From: an uncultured Opitutia bacterium
Lineage (GTDB): Bacteria; Verrucomicrobiota; Verrucomicrobiia; Opitutales; UBA953
Length of the DNA stretch: 60,138 nucleotides
Direction: 5' to 3'
Assembly: GCA_903925205.1 (NCBI GenBank)
Contig: CAIYEN010000181.1
Coordinates: forward strand, 1 to 60,138
Shown: positions 44,690-54,419 of the stretch, piece by piece
Layout: each line of letters opens with the position of its first letter
How positions within the stretch are numbered: the stretch's first letter is position 1
Made by a program: the position numbers and the translations under genes
Notes under the pieces: generated by a model
What the model saw: only the letters and a program-made list of their open reading frames with translations
What the model was told of the DNA's origin: nothing
Database searches by the model: none

Positions 44690-45994
44690 TTAGGCCGTCG
44701 TGTAGGGTTCGAGCAAGCGCTGGACGCGCTTCTTGGAGAGCTCAGCGTAACGCGGAAGTCCCTGTTCGTAAGGGAGTTGCAACTCACCCTGAATCAGGGG
44801 GAGGGCATAACGGGTGAAGTCAGCGTGGATGGACATCTTGTCTTCACCGATCCACTTTTCAGGGAAAGCCTTCACGCCATTGGCGATGTCCGCCAGGGGG
44901 GCGAGTAGGGTTTCGACACCATATTGTTCCTTTCCGGTGCGGCTCATGATGACCATCTTGCCGGACTCGCCCTTGACGGCGGCCTTCACGGCTTCGCGAC
45001 CGCAGAGCTTGGCTTCTTCGACGTCGGTCTTGGAAGCGCTGTGGGAAGCGGCGCGCTGGGCGATGCCGAGTTTGGAAGCGCGGGCCTTGACGCCCGAGAA
45101 GCGCTCTTCGACGAGCGTGCGGAGGTATTCACCGGCGCCACCGAGGACGGCGTGACCGAACGCGTCGGTGTTGGTGGTGTCAGCCCCGAGGAAGTTGCCG
45201 GCTTCGTCCTGCACGCCTTCGGAAACGACGACGAAACAGTGGAGGTTGGTCTTCAAAACTTCTTCGACGCGACGGATGAAATTGTCGGCGTTGAAAGGCA
45301 CTTCCGGAAGGAGCACGATGTGCGGAGCCGAGCAGCTGTAGTGGGTGTTCTTGGCGGCATTCTTGGAGTCGTCGCGCTTGTCTTGGCGCTGCGCGAGGAC
45401 GGAAGCGGCGGCGAGCCAACCCGCATTGCGACCCATGACTTCAAGGACGGAAACGAAGTCGTTGCGGCCCATGGCAGCGTTATCGAGCGACATTTCACGC
45501 ACGGTCAGAGCGATATGCTTAGCGACGGAACCGTAGCCTGGGCAGTGGTCGGTGAGGGGCAAATCGTTGTCGATGGTCTTCGGCACGCCGATGACGCGAA
45601 GTTCGTAGCCGCGCTCCTTGGCGAGGGCATCGATCTTGGCGGCGGTATCCTGAGAATCGTTGCCACCGATGTAGTGGAAGTAACGGATGTTGTGGGCTTC
45701 GAAGACCTGCAGGATGCGGTCGAAGTCTTCCTGCTTCTTAACCTTGTAGCGGCAGGTGCCGAGCGCAGCGCCCGGGGTGTGCTCGAGGTTACGGAGGGTC
45801 TGCTGGGACTCTTCGGCGAGGTCAATCAGCTGCTCGTGGAGGATGCCTTGGATGCCGTTGAGGCCACCAAGGATCTCGACGATCTCGTCTTCGTGGTTGA
45901 GGGCCTCGGCAATGACCCCAGCGAGGCTGGCGTTGATGACGGGGGTGGGACCGCCGCTTTGCGCGACGAGAAGGTTACCAGAGAGGGAAGACAT
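44690..45994 (-). CDS. pfk: 6-phosphofructokinase family enzyme, probably PPi-dependent
   Basis: QSGGPTPVINAS, IGGNDS (Asp at the position that is Gly in ATP-dependent GGDGS) and PKTIDNDL. ATG at 45994 (the ORF opens at 46084). Confidence 0.9.
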   Translation of the reverse strand: MSSLSGNLLVAQSGGPTPVINASLAGVIAEALNHEDEIVEILGGLNGIQGILHEQLIDLAEESQQTLRNLEHTPGAALGTCRYKVKKQEDFDRILQVFEAHNIRYFHYIGGNDSQDTAAKIDALAKERGYELRVIGVPKTIDNDLPLTDHCPGYGSVAKHIALTVREMSLDNAAMGRNDFVSVLEVMGRNAGWLAAASVLAQRQDKRDDSKNAAKNTHYSCSAPHIVLLPEVPFNADNFIRRVEEVLKTNLHCFVVVSEGVQDEAGNFLGADTTNTDAFGHAVLGGAGEYLRTLVEERFSGVKARASKLGIAQRAASHSASKTDVEEAKLCGREAVKAAVKGESGKMVIMSRTGKEQYGVETLLAPLADIANGVKAFPEKWIGEDKMSIHADFTRYALPLIQGELQLPYEQGLPRYAELSKKRVQRLLEPYTTA

Positions 45995-46090
45995 GGGAGG
46001 GAACAGGTGAAAGGTGGGTTTTGGGAAGCCCCCCGCCCCTTGGCAATACGGAAAACCCCACCCCACCCCACCCCGCCCGCCCAACGCGGC

Positions 46091-47521
46091 TTAAAGGATG
46101 CGTCCGGCCTTGATTTGCTGGGACTCCGGCACTTTTTTCGTCCACGCCTGCACCGCCAAAGAGAAAGCCCCGACCTGAGCCTGGGCCGACCCAGTGAGTT
46201 CCCCAGCCTTGGTGACGGCGTCCATGAGGACGGCCTTAGGGAGACGGAGGCGAGCATCGGCGGCCAGACGGTCGACGAGGTCGTTCCGGTCGACTTTACC
46301 CGTCCGGAGGTCCTTGGCGACGGCCACGGCATGTTCCTTGATTGCCTCGTGGGCTTCTTCGCGACCCGCCCCAGCTTTGACGGCTTCCATGAGGAAAGTC
46401 GTGGTCAAAAGGAACGGGAGATAGTGCCGGGACTCGCGGGAGACGACGGGGGCGTTGACTTCCATCTGACCCAAAACGGTCAGGAAGGCTTCAAAGAGGC
46501 CATCGGTCGCCAGGAAGCTGTCTGGCAGGAGGACGCGACGGACGACCGAGCAGGAGACGTCGCCCTCGTTCCATTGTTCGCCCGAGAGCGAAGCCGCCAT
46601 CGCCAGGTAACCGCGGAGGATGACGTGGAAGCCGTTGATGCGCTCGCAGGTGCGGGCATTCATCTTGTGCGGCATGGCGGACGAACCGACCTGACCAGGC
46701 AAGAAGCCTTCGCTGGCGAGCTCGTGGCCGGCCATGAGACGCAGGGTCTTGGCGAAGGAGGAAGGGCCCGAGGCGGCCGACAAAAGCGCCGCGACGACTT
46801 CCATGTCCATGGAGCGCGGGTAGACTTGGCCGACGGCGCCCAGGACGTGCGGGATGCCGAGGTGCTTCAGGACGCGCTCTTCGAGCTGCCCAACCTTGGC
46901 GATGTCCCCCGAGAAGAGCGTGAGCTGATCGAGCTGCGTGCCGACGGCGCCCTTAAGACCACGGGCCGCAAACGCACCGAGGGCCGCATCGACCTGCGCG
47001 ACGCCGCGGAGGCATTCTTCGCCAAACATCGCCCAGCGCTTGCCGACCGTGGTCGGCTGCGCGGCGACATTGTGCGTGCGCGCGGCAATCAGTAAATCGC
47101 GGTCGGCTTCGGCCCGACGGGCCAAGGCCGCTAGCGCCGCCACAGACTTGGCGCGAATGAGCTGCAACGAGCGGTAAACTTGGAGCTGCTCGACCGATTC
47201 GGTGAGGTCGCGACTGGTGAGCCCCTTGTGGACGTGCTGATAACCGGCCAAAGCACAGAACTCGTCGATGCGCGCCTTGACGTCGTGCCGGGTCGTTTCC
47301 TCGCGGACCCGGATGGATTCGAAGTCGACCTGCTCCTTGACGCGTTCGTAAGCGGCGATGGCTTCGGCCGGAATGTCGAGGCCGAGGTCCCGCTGGGCCT
47401 TCATGACGGCAATCCAGTACTCGCGCTCGAGCACCACGCGGCCGCGGGTAGACCAAATCGCTTTCATCGCCGGGGAGGCGTAGCGGTCGGCAAGAACGTT
47501 GGGAACGGAATCGTGGTCCAT
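46091..47521 (-). CDS. purB: Adenylosuccinate lyase
   Basis: Fumarate-lyase signature GSSAMPHKMN; N-terminus LADRYASPAMKAIWS. Confidence 0.95.
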   Translation of the reverse strand: MDHDSVPNVLADRYASPAMKAIWSTRGRVVLEREYWIAVMKAQRDLGLDIPAEAIAAYERVKEQVDFESIRVREETTRHDVKARIDEFCALAGYQHVHKGLTSRDLTESVEQLQVYRSLQLIRAKSVAALAALARRAEADRDLLIAARTHNVAAQPTTVGKRWAMFGEECLRGVAQVDAALGAFAARGLKGAVGTQLDQLTLFSGDIAKVGQLEERVLKHLGIPHVLGAVGQVYPRSMDMEVVAALLSAASGPSSFAKTLRLMAGHELASEGFLPGQVGSSAMPHKMNARTCERINGFHVILRGYLAMAASLSGEQWNEGDVSCSVVRRVLLPDSFLATDGLFEAFLTVLGQMEVNAPVVSRESRHYLPFLLTTTFLMEAVKAGAGREEAHEAIKEHAVAVAKDLRTGKVDRNDLVDRLAADARLRLPKAVLMDAVTKAGELTGSAQAQVGAFSLAVQAWTKKVPESQQIKAGRIL

Positions 47522-47544
47522 CGGAAGAAAGCGTTATAGCAGGG

Positions 47545-48666
47545 TTAACGGCGCACGGCAAGCGCTCGGAGAAACAAGGCGCGGACGGCGACTTCCTCGT
47601 CGCCGCCGGAATTGGAGACGTCAAAGCATTCGGCACAGCCCAGTTGGGCATCCACCAACTCGGCCAAGGAGTAGCGGGCGGCGGCGGGAGCGACCTTATT
47701 GCTGATATACCAAGCGTTCTGGGAGAAGACATTGGCGGACGACTTCGCCGCCGAACCAAAAGTGGAACCATGCCGCATCGAAGCGGTTTCGAAAGAGCCT
47801 TTAGGTAAACCGGCATCGGACACCCGGACATCCCCCGAGTCGGCGAGGCTGCGAATCTGAATCAGGAGACGAAGACGGTTCTGGAGGGCGCTCAAGAGCG
47901 GCCGACACGAGTCTTCGTTGAAGAAGTAGCGATCCAAGGCCTGTAGCGACCAGGCGAGGTCACGCTCCGCAAAGGCTTCGATGGGCTCAAAGAAATCGCC
48001 TTCACCGAAGGTCGGCACGAGGAGATGGACGTCCGCCTCTTTCAGGGTGCCGCCGGGGCCCGCGTAAATCGCCAGCTTCTCAGACTCCATGAGCACCATG
48101 CGGGTCGACTGGCCGACGCGCCCGACAATCACTTCCGGCACGCCGCGCGCGAACTTCACGCCGGCGTCGCGGAAAGTCTTCTCGATGAGGCCGAGCTGCA
48201 TATCGCCTTGCGGGTCGTCTTTGGAGAACGGGCTCTTAGCGGCCGAAGCGTGGATGATGAACTCGTTCGCCTTATCCTTGTAGGCCGCGAGGTCCTTACG
48301 GCGACCGTCGTACGGCGTGAACGAAAGGATGACGGTGACGGGGCCTTCGCAGGCGGCCGCCCCCGTGAGTACGTTGGCCATGGCGAGTTTCACTTCGTCC
48401 GACCGCGAGGGGACGTTGTCGGCGATCCAATTGATATTGCGCAACCAGACGACCTTGGCCCCACCGAACATGGAAAGCGTGTTCACCGATTCCAGGAACT
48501 GGATTTCAATACCCTGGGCATCGTCCACGCGATTGATGAGTCCGGAGATGATTTCCTTGTCCGCCTCGGGGCCCGCTTTCTGGACCGCTTGATTGTACAG
48601 GGCACGGGCGTCCCGCTCGACGAGGTATTCGTCTTTGCCGGCGACGATGGCGAGGGAAACAGGCAT
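47545..48666 (-). CDS. holA: DNA polymerase III subunit delta
   Basis: Size and an N-terminus typical of HolA (IVAGKDEYLVERDARAL...LSMFGGAKVVWLRN). Assigned from general family resemblance only. Confidence 0.75.
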   Translation of the reverse strand: MPVSLAIVAGKDEYLVERDARALYNQAVQKAGPEADKEIISGLINRVDDAQGIEIQFLESVNTLSMFGGAKVVWLRNINWIADNVPSRSDEVKLAMANVLTGAAACEGPVTVILSFTPYDGRRKDLAAYKDKANEFIIHASAAKSPFSKDDPQGDMQLGLIEKTFRDAGVKFARGVPEVIVGRVGQSTRMVLMESEKLAIYAGPGGTLKEADVHLLVPTFGEGDFFEPIEAFAERDLAWSLQALDRYFFNEDSCRPLLSALQNRLRLLIQIRSLADSGDVRVSDAGLPKGSFETASMRHGSTFGSAAKSSANVFSQNAWYISNKVAPAAARYSLAELVDAQLGCAECFDVSNSGGDEEVAVRALFLRALAVRR

Positions 48667-48780
48667 CCGTCGCCAATGTCCCCAACCTGCCCTTGGGTGG
48701 CAATCCTAGTCTATCCACAACCGTCCGCTGGCGAAATGTCGTCCCTGGGAGGCTTCGCGCCCACTTAATCGAGCCAGGCC

Positions 48781-50061
48781 TTAGGCCCCGTGAAGCAGGT
48801 CTTCGACGCAATACTTGTTCAGTTTGCGGCGCATGAGGTCGAGGGCGGTGTTGACGGCGCGTAACTTCACTTGTGCACGATCGCCCGGTAGGTGAACGCG
48901 CCGCGACCAAACGCCCGTCGGCGAGGCGTAACCAAAGTAAACGGTCCCGACGGGGTCGGCCTCGGTGCCACCACCGGGGCCCGCATAACCGGTCACAGCC
49001 AATGCGTAATCGGAACCAAACTTCTCGGCGGCCGCCGTCGCCATCGCGGCGGCGCACTCGGCCGACACCGCCCCATGCTGGGCGAGGATCGACTCAGGAA
49101 TCCCCAAGATGTTCAGTTTCGCATCATTGGTGTAGCAGACGGCCGAACCGGCGAAGACCTTGGATGCCCCTGGAACATCCGTGAAGGCGTCGGCCAAAAG
49201 GCCGCCCGTGCACGACTCCGCCAAGGCGACGGTTTTCTCGAGCGAGCGCAGGTGTTCGACCACGATGGTCGCTAGGCAGGAATGGCCAGTGCAGACGAAA
49301 TCGTTGCCCACGGCGTCCCGTACCTTGCGGGCAACCGTACACAGGTCATCCGCCGAGGCGCCACTGCCCCCCGAAGAGATGCGGGCATCGACCACGCCGG
49401 TGTGCGTCCCAAAGGTGAGCACCATCCCGGGAGCGAGCAACGGCCGAACTTTCTCTTCCAAGGGGACTGCGCCAATGCCAAAGGTGCGGACCTGTACGTA
49501 GGCTTCGCCCAAACAGGCACAACCGATGGAGCGGAGACGGGGGACGACTTCCGCTTCGAACATGGGCCGCAGTTCCAAGGATGGCCCCGGGAGCATGACC
49601 AAAGCGCTCCGGCCTTGATGGAAGAAAACGCCCGGGGCGGTCCCGCGCGCATTCGGGAGCGTTTCACCGCCAGCGGGTACCGTGCATTGACTTAGGTCAG
49701 CGGATGATACCTTGCGGCCAATCAAGCTGAACCGCTCGCGCAAGGCGGCTTCGGCCGCCGGCACGTGTTGGAGCGAGACGCCCAGCGCCGCGGCGACGGC
49801 CGCACGGGTATGATCGTCGGACGTCGGCCCAATCCCACCCGTCGTCACGATGAGGTCATACTGGCCCCACGCGGTCGCTAAAGTGGCAGCGATTTCTTCG
49901 GCTTTATCCCGGACAACCATCGAACGCGTGATGGGCAAGCCACGGCGGGCCAACTGTTCCCCCAACCAAACGAGGTGCCCATTCTCCCGCAGGCCATCCA
50001 GCAATTCGTCCCCGATATTAAGGACCAGGACCTGGCGGGGGCGATTATTGCAGGTTTCCAT
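48781..50061 (-). CDS. cinA: CinA-family protein (MoCF-like N-domain plus nicotinamide-nucleotide amidase C-domain)
   Basis: VLNIGDELLDG...TTGGIGPTSDDHT at the N-terminus and AESCTGGLLA in the C-terminal domain. Confidence 0.9.
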   Translation of the reverse strand: METCNNRPRQVLVLNIGDELLDGLRENGHLVWLGEQLARRGLPITRSMVVRDKAEEIAATLATAWGQYDLIVTTGGIGPTSDDHTRAAVAAALGVSLQHVPAAEAALRERFSLIGRKVSSADLSQCTVPAGGETLPNARGTAPGVFFHQGRSALVMLPGPSLELRPMFEAEVVPRLRSIGCACLGEAYVQVRTFGIGAVPLEEKVRPLLAPGMVLTFGTHTGVVDARISSGGSGASADDLCTVARKVRDAVGNDFVCTGHSCLATIVVEHLRSLEKTVALAESCTGGLLADAFTDVPGASKVFAGSAVCYTNDAKLNILGIPESILAQHGAVSAECAAAMATAAAEKFGSDYALAVTGYAGPGGGTEADPVGTVYFGYASPTGVWSRRVHLPGDRAQVKLRAVNTALDLMRRKLNKYCVEDLLHGA

Positions 50062-50107
50062 TTGCGGGTCGGGGGCAGGACAACAGGATTAAGAGGGTCT
50101 TTTAAAA

Positions 50108-51577
50108 ATGCAAACCGACCGGGAAGAACTTTCGCCCAAAGCGAAGGCGCGACGCGCCCCCCGCACCCCCGGCGTGTACCTGATGAAGGACGCCGCCGGG
50201 CTGGTGGTCTATGTAGGTAAAGCGAAAGACCTCCGGCGCCGGCTAGACTCCTATTTCGTGACCGCCAGCCGGCTCGCCCCCAAGGTCGCCGCCATGATGG
50301 AACGGGTCCGGGACCTCGAATGGCACGAGGTCCGCACCGAAACAGAAGCCCTTTTACTGGAAGGTAAGCTCATCAAACGCTGGCGGCCGAAGTGGAATAT
50401 CCTTTTCCGCGACGACAAGCAGTTCCCCCAGATCCGGGTCGACCTCGCCGACCCCATCCCCCGCTTTCGCATCGTCCGCGCCCGCACCACCGAATCCTGC
50501 CGCTATTTTGGGCCCTTTCCGCACCAGCAAGCCGTCCGCCGGACGCTGACCGAGATGCGTAAGCAGTTCGGGATCATTCTCGCCGAAGCGTCCCCCACCC
50601 TCCTGCCCGATGGCCGCTGGCGACTCTTCGACGACGCGCGCGCCGAAATCCAGAAATTCCCGAACGAGGTCACCGTCGAGGAATACGCCGACCGGGTGCG
50701 CCTGGCCTGCGAGTTCCTGGAAGGGAAAGTCCAGGACTGGACGACGCAAGTCGAAGCCGACATGCGTAAGGCCGCGGAGGAGCGCGACTACGAGACAGCG
50801 GCGAAGATGCGCGACCTGCTCGATGCGCTGACGCGCACGAGCGAGAAGTCCCGCCGCTTCCTGCGCGACAACCCCCTGCCCCGGCGCGATGAATCCAGTG
50901 CGCTGACCGAACTGGCCGCGCACCTCGAACTGGTGGGACCGCCAAACACAATCGAGTGCTTCGACATTTCGCATATCTCCGGCACGCTCGCGGTCGCTTC
51001 CATGGTGCGCTTCGTCGACGGCCGCGCGGAGAAGAACGGCTACCGCCGCTTCAAGATCAAGACCTTCGAAGGCAACGATGACTTCCGCTCCATGCAGGAA
51101 GTGGTCGGCCGCCGCTACACGCGACTCCACGAAGAACACCGGGCCTTCCCGGAACTCGTCATCGTCGATGGCGGCCTTGGCCAGGTCGGCGCCGCGCTGG
51201 AAGCCTTCAAGGAGCACGACCTAGCGCCCCCGCCGCTCATCGGCCTCGCCAAACGCGAGGAGACCATCGTCTTCCCCGACGGCCGCGAACTGAAGCTGCC
51301 GCGGCACAACGTCGGACTCGCCTTGCTCATGCGCGTGCGCGACGAGGCGCACCGCTTCGCCAACGATTTCAACGCCGACCTCCGCAGCCGCAAACTGCGC
51401 GAGTCAATCCTCGACGAAATGCCGGGCCTCGGGCCAAAGCGCCGCGACGCCCTCTTAGAGGCCTTCGGCAGCATCCAGAAACTCCGCAAGGCCACCGCCG
51501 AGGAGATCACGACCGTGTCTGGCGTCAGCGTGAAGCTCGCCGCCGACATCGTCGAGTACCTCGCGAAGCGCGTTTAA
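50108..51577 (+). CDS. uvrC: Excinuclease ABC subunit C (short form, 489 aa)
   Basis: GIY-YIG (PGVYLMKDAAGLVVYVGKAKDLRRRL), UVR domain (EERDYETAAKMRDLLDAL), IECFDISH endonuclease domain and a C-terminal HhH (MPGLGPKRRDALLEAFGS). Confidence 0.9.
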   Translation: MQTDREELSPKAKARRAPRTPGVYLMKDAAGLVVYVGKAKDLRRRLDSYFVTASRLAPKVAAMMERVRDLEWHEVRTETEALLLEGKLIKRWRPKWNILFRDDKQFPQIRVDLADPIPRFRIVRARTTESCRYFGPFPHQQAVRRTLTEMRKQFGIILAEASPTLLPDGRWRLFDDARAEIQKFPNEVTVEEYADRVRLACEFLEGKVQDWTTQVEADMRKAAEERDYETAAKMRDLLDALTRTSEKSRRFLRDNPLPRRDESSALTELAAHLELVGPPNTIECFDISHISGTLAVASMVRFVDGRAEKNGYRRFKIKTFEGNDDFRSMQEVVGRRYTRLHEEHRAFPELVIVDGGLGQVGAALEAFKEHDLAPPPLIGLAKREETIVFPDGRELKLPRHNVGLALLMRVRDEAHRFANDFNADLRSRKLRESILDEMPGLGPKRRDALLEAFGSIQKLRKATAEEITTVSGVSVKLAADIVEYLAKRV

Positions 51578-52689
51578 GAGGCCGCTACGACTGGCTGGTC
51601 AGAGCCAATCGACTGCGCCACTAAGTCCGCGATGCGTTCGGCGCCGCGGGCGTCACCGAGTCCGTCGACGCTGCGCTTCCATTCCTTCCACACAGCCCAA
51701 TCGTTCGCGAAAGCGGAAGCCACGACCGCGCGGGCTGCGGACGGAGTGAGCCCATAAGCGCCCGCGCCATGCTCGGTGATGAGGCGACCGTTGCCGGCTT
51801 CCTGGCCCGGGATGACCTGCGTGATCACCATCGGGACGCCCGCCGCAACGCACTCATGGGTCGTCGCGCCGCCCGCCTTGGAAATCACGAGGTGACTCGA
51901 AAGCATGAGGTCCGGAATCCGGTCCGTCCAACCGAGCACTTCGGCCCGACCCGCCACGGCCTGTTCCACCGCGGCCTTGAAGTCCGCATCCTTACCGACG
52001 GTCACGACCAGCTCGAGGCCCAGCGTTGAGAGCGCCGCGGCCAGTTCGACCGCATCGCGCTTACCGGGATTGAGCATCAGCAAGACGCGCGGCCGGGCTT
52101 CGCCGGCGACGGCCGAGGAACGCGGCGCCAAACGGGCGGCAACCGGAAAACCGAACGGCAAGACCTTGGCCGCGGGCACGCCTTGGCGGATCATGACGTC
52201 AGCCGTGGCTTGATTCGGCGTGATGTACCAATCCGAATGCGCCCGATGCCAGGCGCGGTTCACAGAGATCGAATCGGTGACGACCGTGATCAGGCGGGGA
52301 CGCGCGGGATCGGCCACGCTCCAGCGACGCGCCATCATGTAGTTGTACAGCGGGTAGGCCGAAATGACGACGGGGGGCTGCTGCGTATCGAGCAGCCGGT
52401 TCAACTCACGCTCGACCGGACGAAGAAACGGCAGCGAAGCGCGCACCAACGGTAGACGGTCAAGGGCGCCGTAGAGACACCCCCACAAGCGCGGGTAACG
52501 ATTCGCGACCCGAATATAACTGTCGCGCTGCGACCGGGCCTTTTCGGCGCCATAGGCATCCAAGAAAAGGTCGTGCAGCTTACCCGCGAAAGCCCCCGAA
52601 GGATGACGCCCCAAGGCCTCGACAATCGCCCGGGCCGCGGCGTTATGGCCTTCGCCAAACCCTGCGGACAGGACGGGTATCTCGATCAT
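51574..52689 (-). CDS. GT28-type glycosyltransferase (MGDG synthase/UgtP-like)
   Basis: N-terminal VLSAGFGEGHNAAARAI and a C-terminal GT-B segment (SKAGGATTHECVAAGVPMV). Confidence 0.85.
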   Translation of the reverse strand: MIEIPVLSAGFGEGHNAAARAIVEALGRHPSGAFAGKLHDLFLDAYGAEKARSQRDSYIRVANRYPRLWGCLYGALDRLPLVRASLPFLRPVERELNRLLDTQQPPVVISAYPLYNYMMARRWSVADPARPRLITVVTDSISVNRAWHRAHSDWYITPNQATADVMIRQGVPAAKVLPFGFPVAARLAPRSSAVAGEARPRVLLMLNPGKRDAVELAAALSTLGLELVVTVGKDADFKAAVEQAVAGRAEVLGWTDRIPDLMLSSHLVISKAGGATTHECVAAGVPMVITQVIPGQEAGNGRLITEHGAGAYGLTPSAARAVVASAFANDWAVWKEWKRSVDGLGDARGAERIADLVAQSIGSDQPVVAAS

Positions 52690-53534
52690 TAGGCGACGGC
52701 CGGCTCGCGGCGGACTTCAGGATAGGCACCGGCCTCATAGGCCGCGCGCTGCGCTGCGATCAGCGCGCGGAGCTCGGCGCGGTCGACAACTCGGAGACGG
52801 CCGTCGGCTTCTTCGACGATGGCGGTCAACGACTCGACCCAATCGCCGGAGTTCAGGTAGCGCATCTCGCCGATCATGCGGTCTTCGGCTTTGTGGATGT
52901 GGCCACACATCACGCCATCGCAGCCGCGCCGACGGGCCAAGGTCTGCAGGTGGTCTTCAAAACTGGAAATGAAGCTAACGGCCGACTTCACGCGGCCCTT
53001 GATGGCCTGCGAGAGGGAAAAGTACTCCTTGCCGCGCCAGGCGCGCCAGCGGTTATAGAAACGGTTAAGGTCGAGCAGGAGCTGATAGCTGATGTCGCCG
53101 ATGACCGCCAACCAGCGCATCTTCGCCATGACCGTATCGAACGCATCCCCGTGGATGCAAAGGAAGCGCTTGCCATCGGCCGTCTCGTGCAGGTGCTCCT
53201 CGGCGAGCTCGATGCGGTCGAGGCTCAGCGGAATCAGGCGGCGGATAAAGTCATCGTGGTTGCCACGTAGGTAGACGACGCGCGTGCCGTCTTTTTCGGC
53301 CATCTTCAGGATGCGGCGGACGACGGCGGTATGCGCCGGGCCCCAGTGGTTCTTGCGCTGTAAGGACCAGAGATCGACGATGTCACCATTGAGGATGAGC
53401 TTGTCGCAACGGATGCCGCGCAAGACCTCGAGGAGCTCGCGGGCTTGGGCATCCTTGGTACCGAGGTGGAGATCCGACAACACGAGGGTGCGGAAATGGA
53501 CCTTAGCGCTCAACGGACGTAGTGTGTCTTCCAT
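52689..53534 (-). CDS. LpxH-like metallophosphoesterase (UDP-2,3-diacylglucosamine diphosphatase family)
   Basis: SDLHLG, NGDIVD, GNHD, HGD and GHIH motifs. Its stop shares one nucleotide with the GT28 start (TAATG). Confidence 0.85.
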   Translation of the reverse strand: MEDTLRPLSAKVHFRTLVLSDLHLGTKDAQARELLEVLRGIRCDKLILNGDIVDLWSLQRKNHWGPAHTAVVRRILKMAEKDGTRVVYLRGNHDDFIRRLIPLSLDRIELAEEHLHETADGKRFLCIHGDAFDTVMAKMRWLAVIGDISYQLLLDLNRFYNRWRAWRGKEYFSLSQAIKGRVKSAVSFISSFEDHLQTLARRRGCDGVMCGHIHKAEDRMIGEMRYLNSGDWVESLTAIVEEADGRLRVVDRAELRALIAAQRAAYEAGAYPEVRREPAVA

Positions 53535-53642
53535 GGAAACGAATGATGCCAGCCCTGGGTGACGAAACCGTGGCGAAACCGCAGGAATCCCGTGACGATT
53601 GTGACTATTAACACTTTACCCCCAGACTTACCCCCAAACAGC

Positions 53643-53702
53643 CGTAACCTAATCGTAACAATCGTAACGGACTGATGTTACGGATGTTACGGATAGGTTA
53701 CG
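53643..53702. promoter_or_regulatory. Symmetric array of three CGTAAC and three GTTACG hexamers (candidate operator) in the divergent lpxH-like / DUF47-pit intergenic region
   Basis: Hexamers start at 53643, 53654, 53663 | 53677, 53686, 53697. All three mirror pairs share the centre 53672.5, and the flanks are also near-palindromic. Confidence 0.5.
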
Positions 53703-53758
53703 AACAGGTGTTGCGCTCCCCAATTTCGGAGGGTTTTAAGGGCGCACCCCACAACCCT

Positions 53759-54400
53759 ATGAAAGACTTCCTTAAGAAGGTTCTCGGTAAGGATGAAAAG
53801 TTCTACGAACTCCTCGAAGCCAGTGCCGACGAAGCGCAGAAAAGCGCCAAGTCGCTCTCCAAACTCTACGCCCAGGTCGGCAAGCCCGACTTCGAACAAT
53901 GCTTCACCGAGTTGGTCGTCGCCCGCCGCGTGGATAAGCGCATCGGCCTCTCGATCACCCAAGAGCTCTGCCGGACTTTTGTGACGCCTCTGGAACGCGA
54001 AGACATCGAGGCCCTCGCCAACGCCCTTTATAAGATCCCGAAGACCTGCGAAAAGATCGGCGAACGCCTCGCCATCTGCCCCTCGCAGTTCTCGACCGAC
54101 ATCGTCGACAAGCAGGTGCGCATGCTCGAGCAGGCCACCGAAGTCACGGCCCGCCTCGTCAGCCGTCTCCGCAAACTCTCGAACGTCGAAGAAATCCAAG
54201 ACGACTACGAAACGCTTCAGACCATCGAAGGCGACGCCGATCGCCTCATGGTGGGCCTCCTCCGCGACCTCTATCAAGGTAACGTCGACGCCAAGGAAGT
54301 GGTGGTCCTCAAGGACATTTACGAACTCCTCGAGCGCGCGATCGACCATTGCCGCGACGCGGGCAAGGTCGTGTTCCAGATTGCCCTCAAGTACGCCTAA
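53759..54400 (+). CDS. DUF47-family (PhoU-like) protein, Pit accessory protein
   Basis: MKDFLKKVLGKDEKFYELLE and IEGDADRL motifs, directly upstream of pit. ATG at 53759 (the ORF opens at 53675 inside the hexamer array). Confidence 0.88.
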   Translation: MKDFLKKVLGKDEKFYELLEASADEAQKSAKSLSKLYAQVGKPDFEQCFTELVVARRVDKRIGLSITQELCRTFVTPLEREDIEALANALYKIPKTCEKIGERLAICPSQFSTDIVDKQVRMLEQATEVTARLVSRLRKLSNVEEIQDDYETLQTIEGDADRLMVGLLRDLYQGNVDAKEVVVLKDIYELLERAIDHCRDAGKVVFQIALKYA

Positions 54401-54419
54401 GCCGCTGCCCTAGCCGCTC

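Noticed and set aside
44924-47095. 723-aa plus-strand ORF spanning the pfk and purB loci
   Set aside because: It is antisense to two genes with unambiguous family signatures (PKTIDNDL; GSSAMPHKMN). Its translation is Gly/Arg/Asp/Glu/Val-rich with no motifs. Long antisense ORFs of this kind are expected in high-GC DNA.
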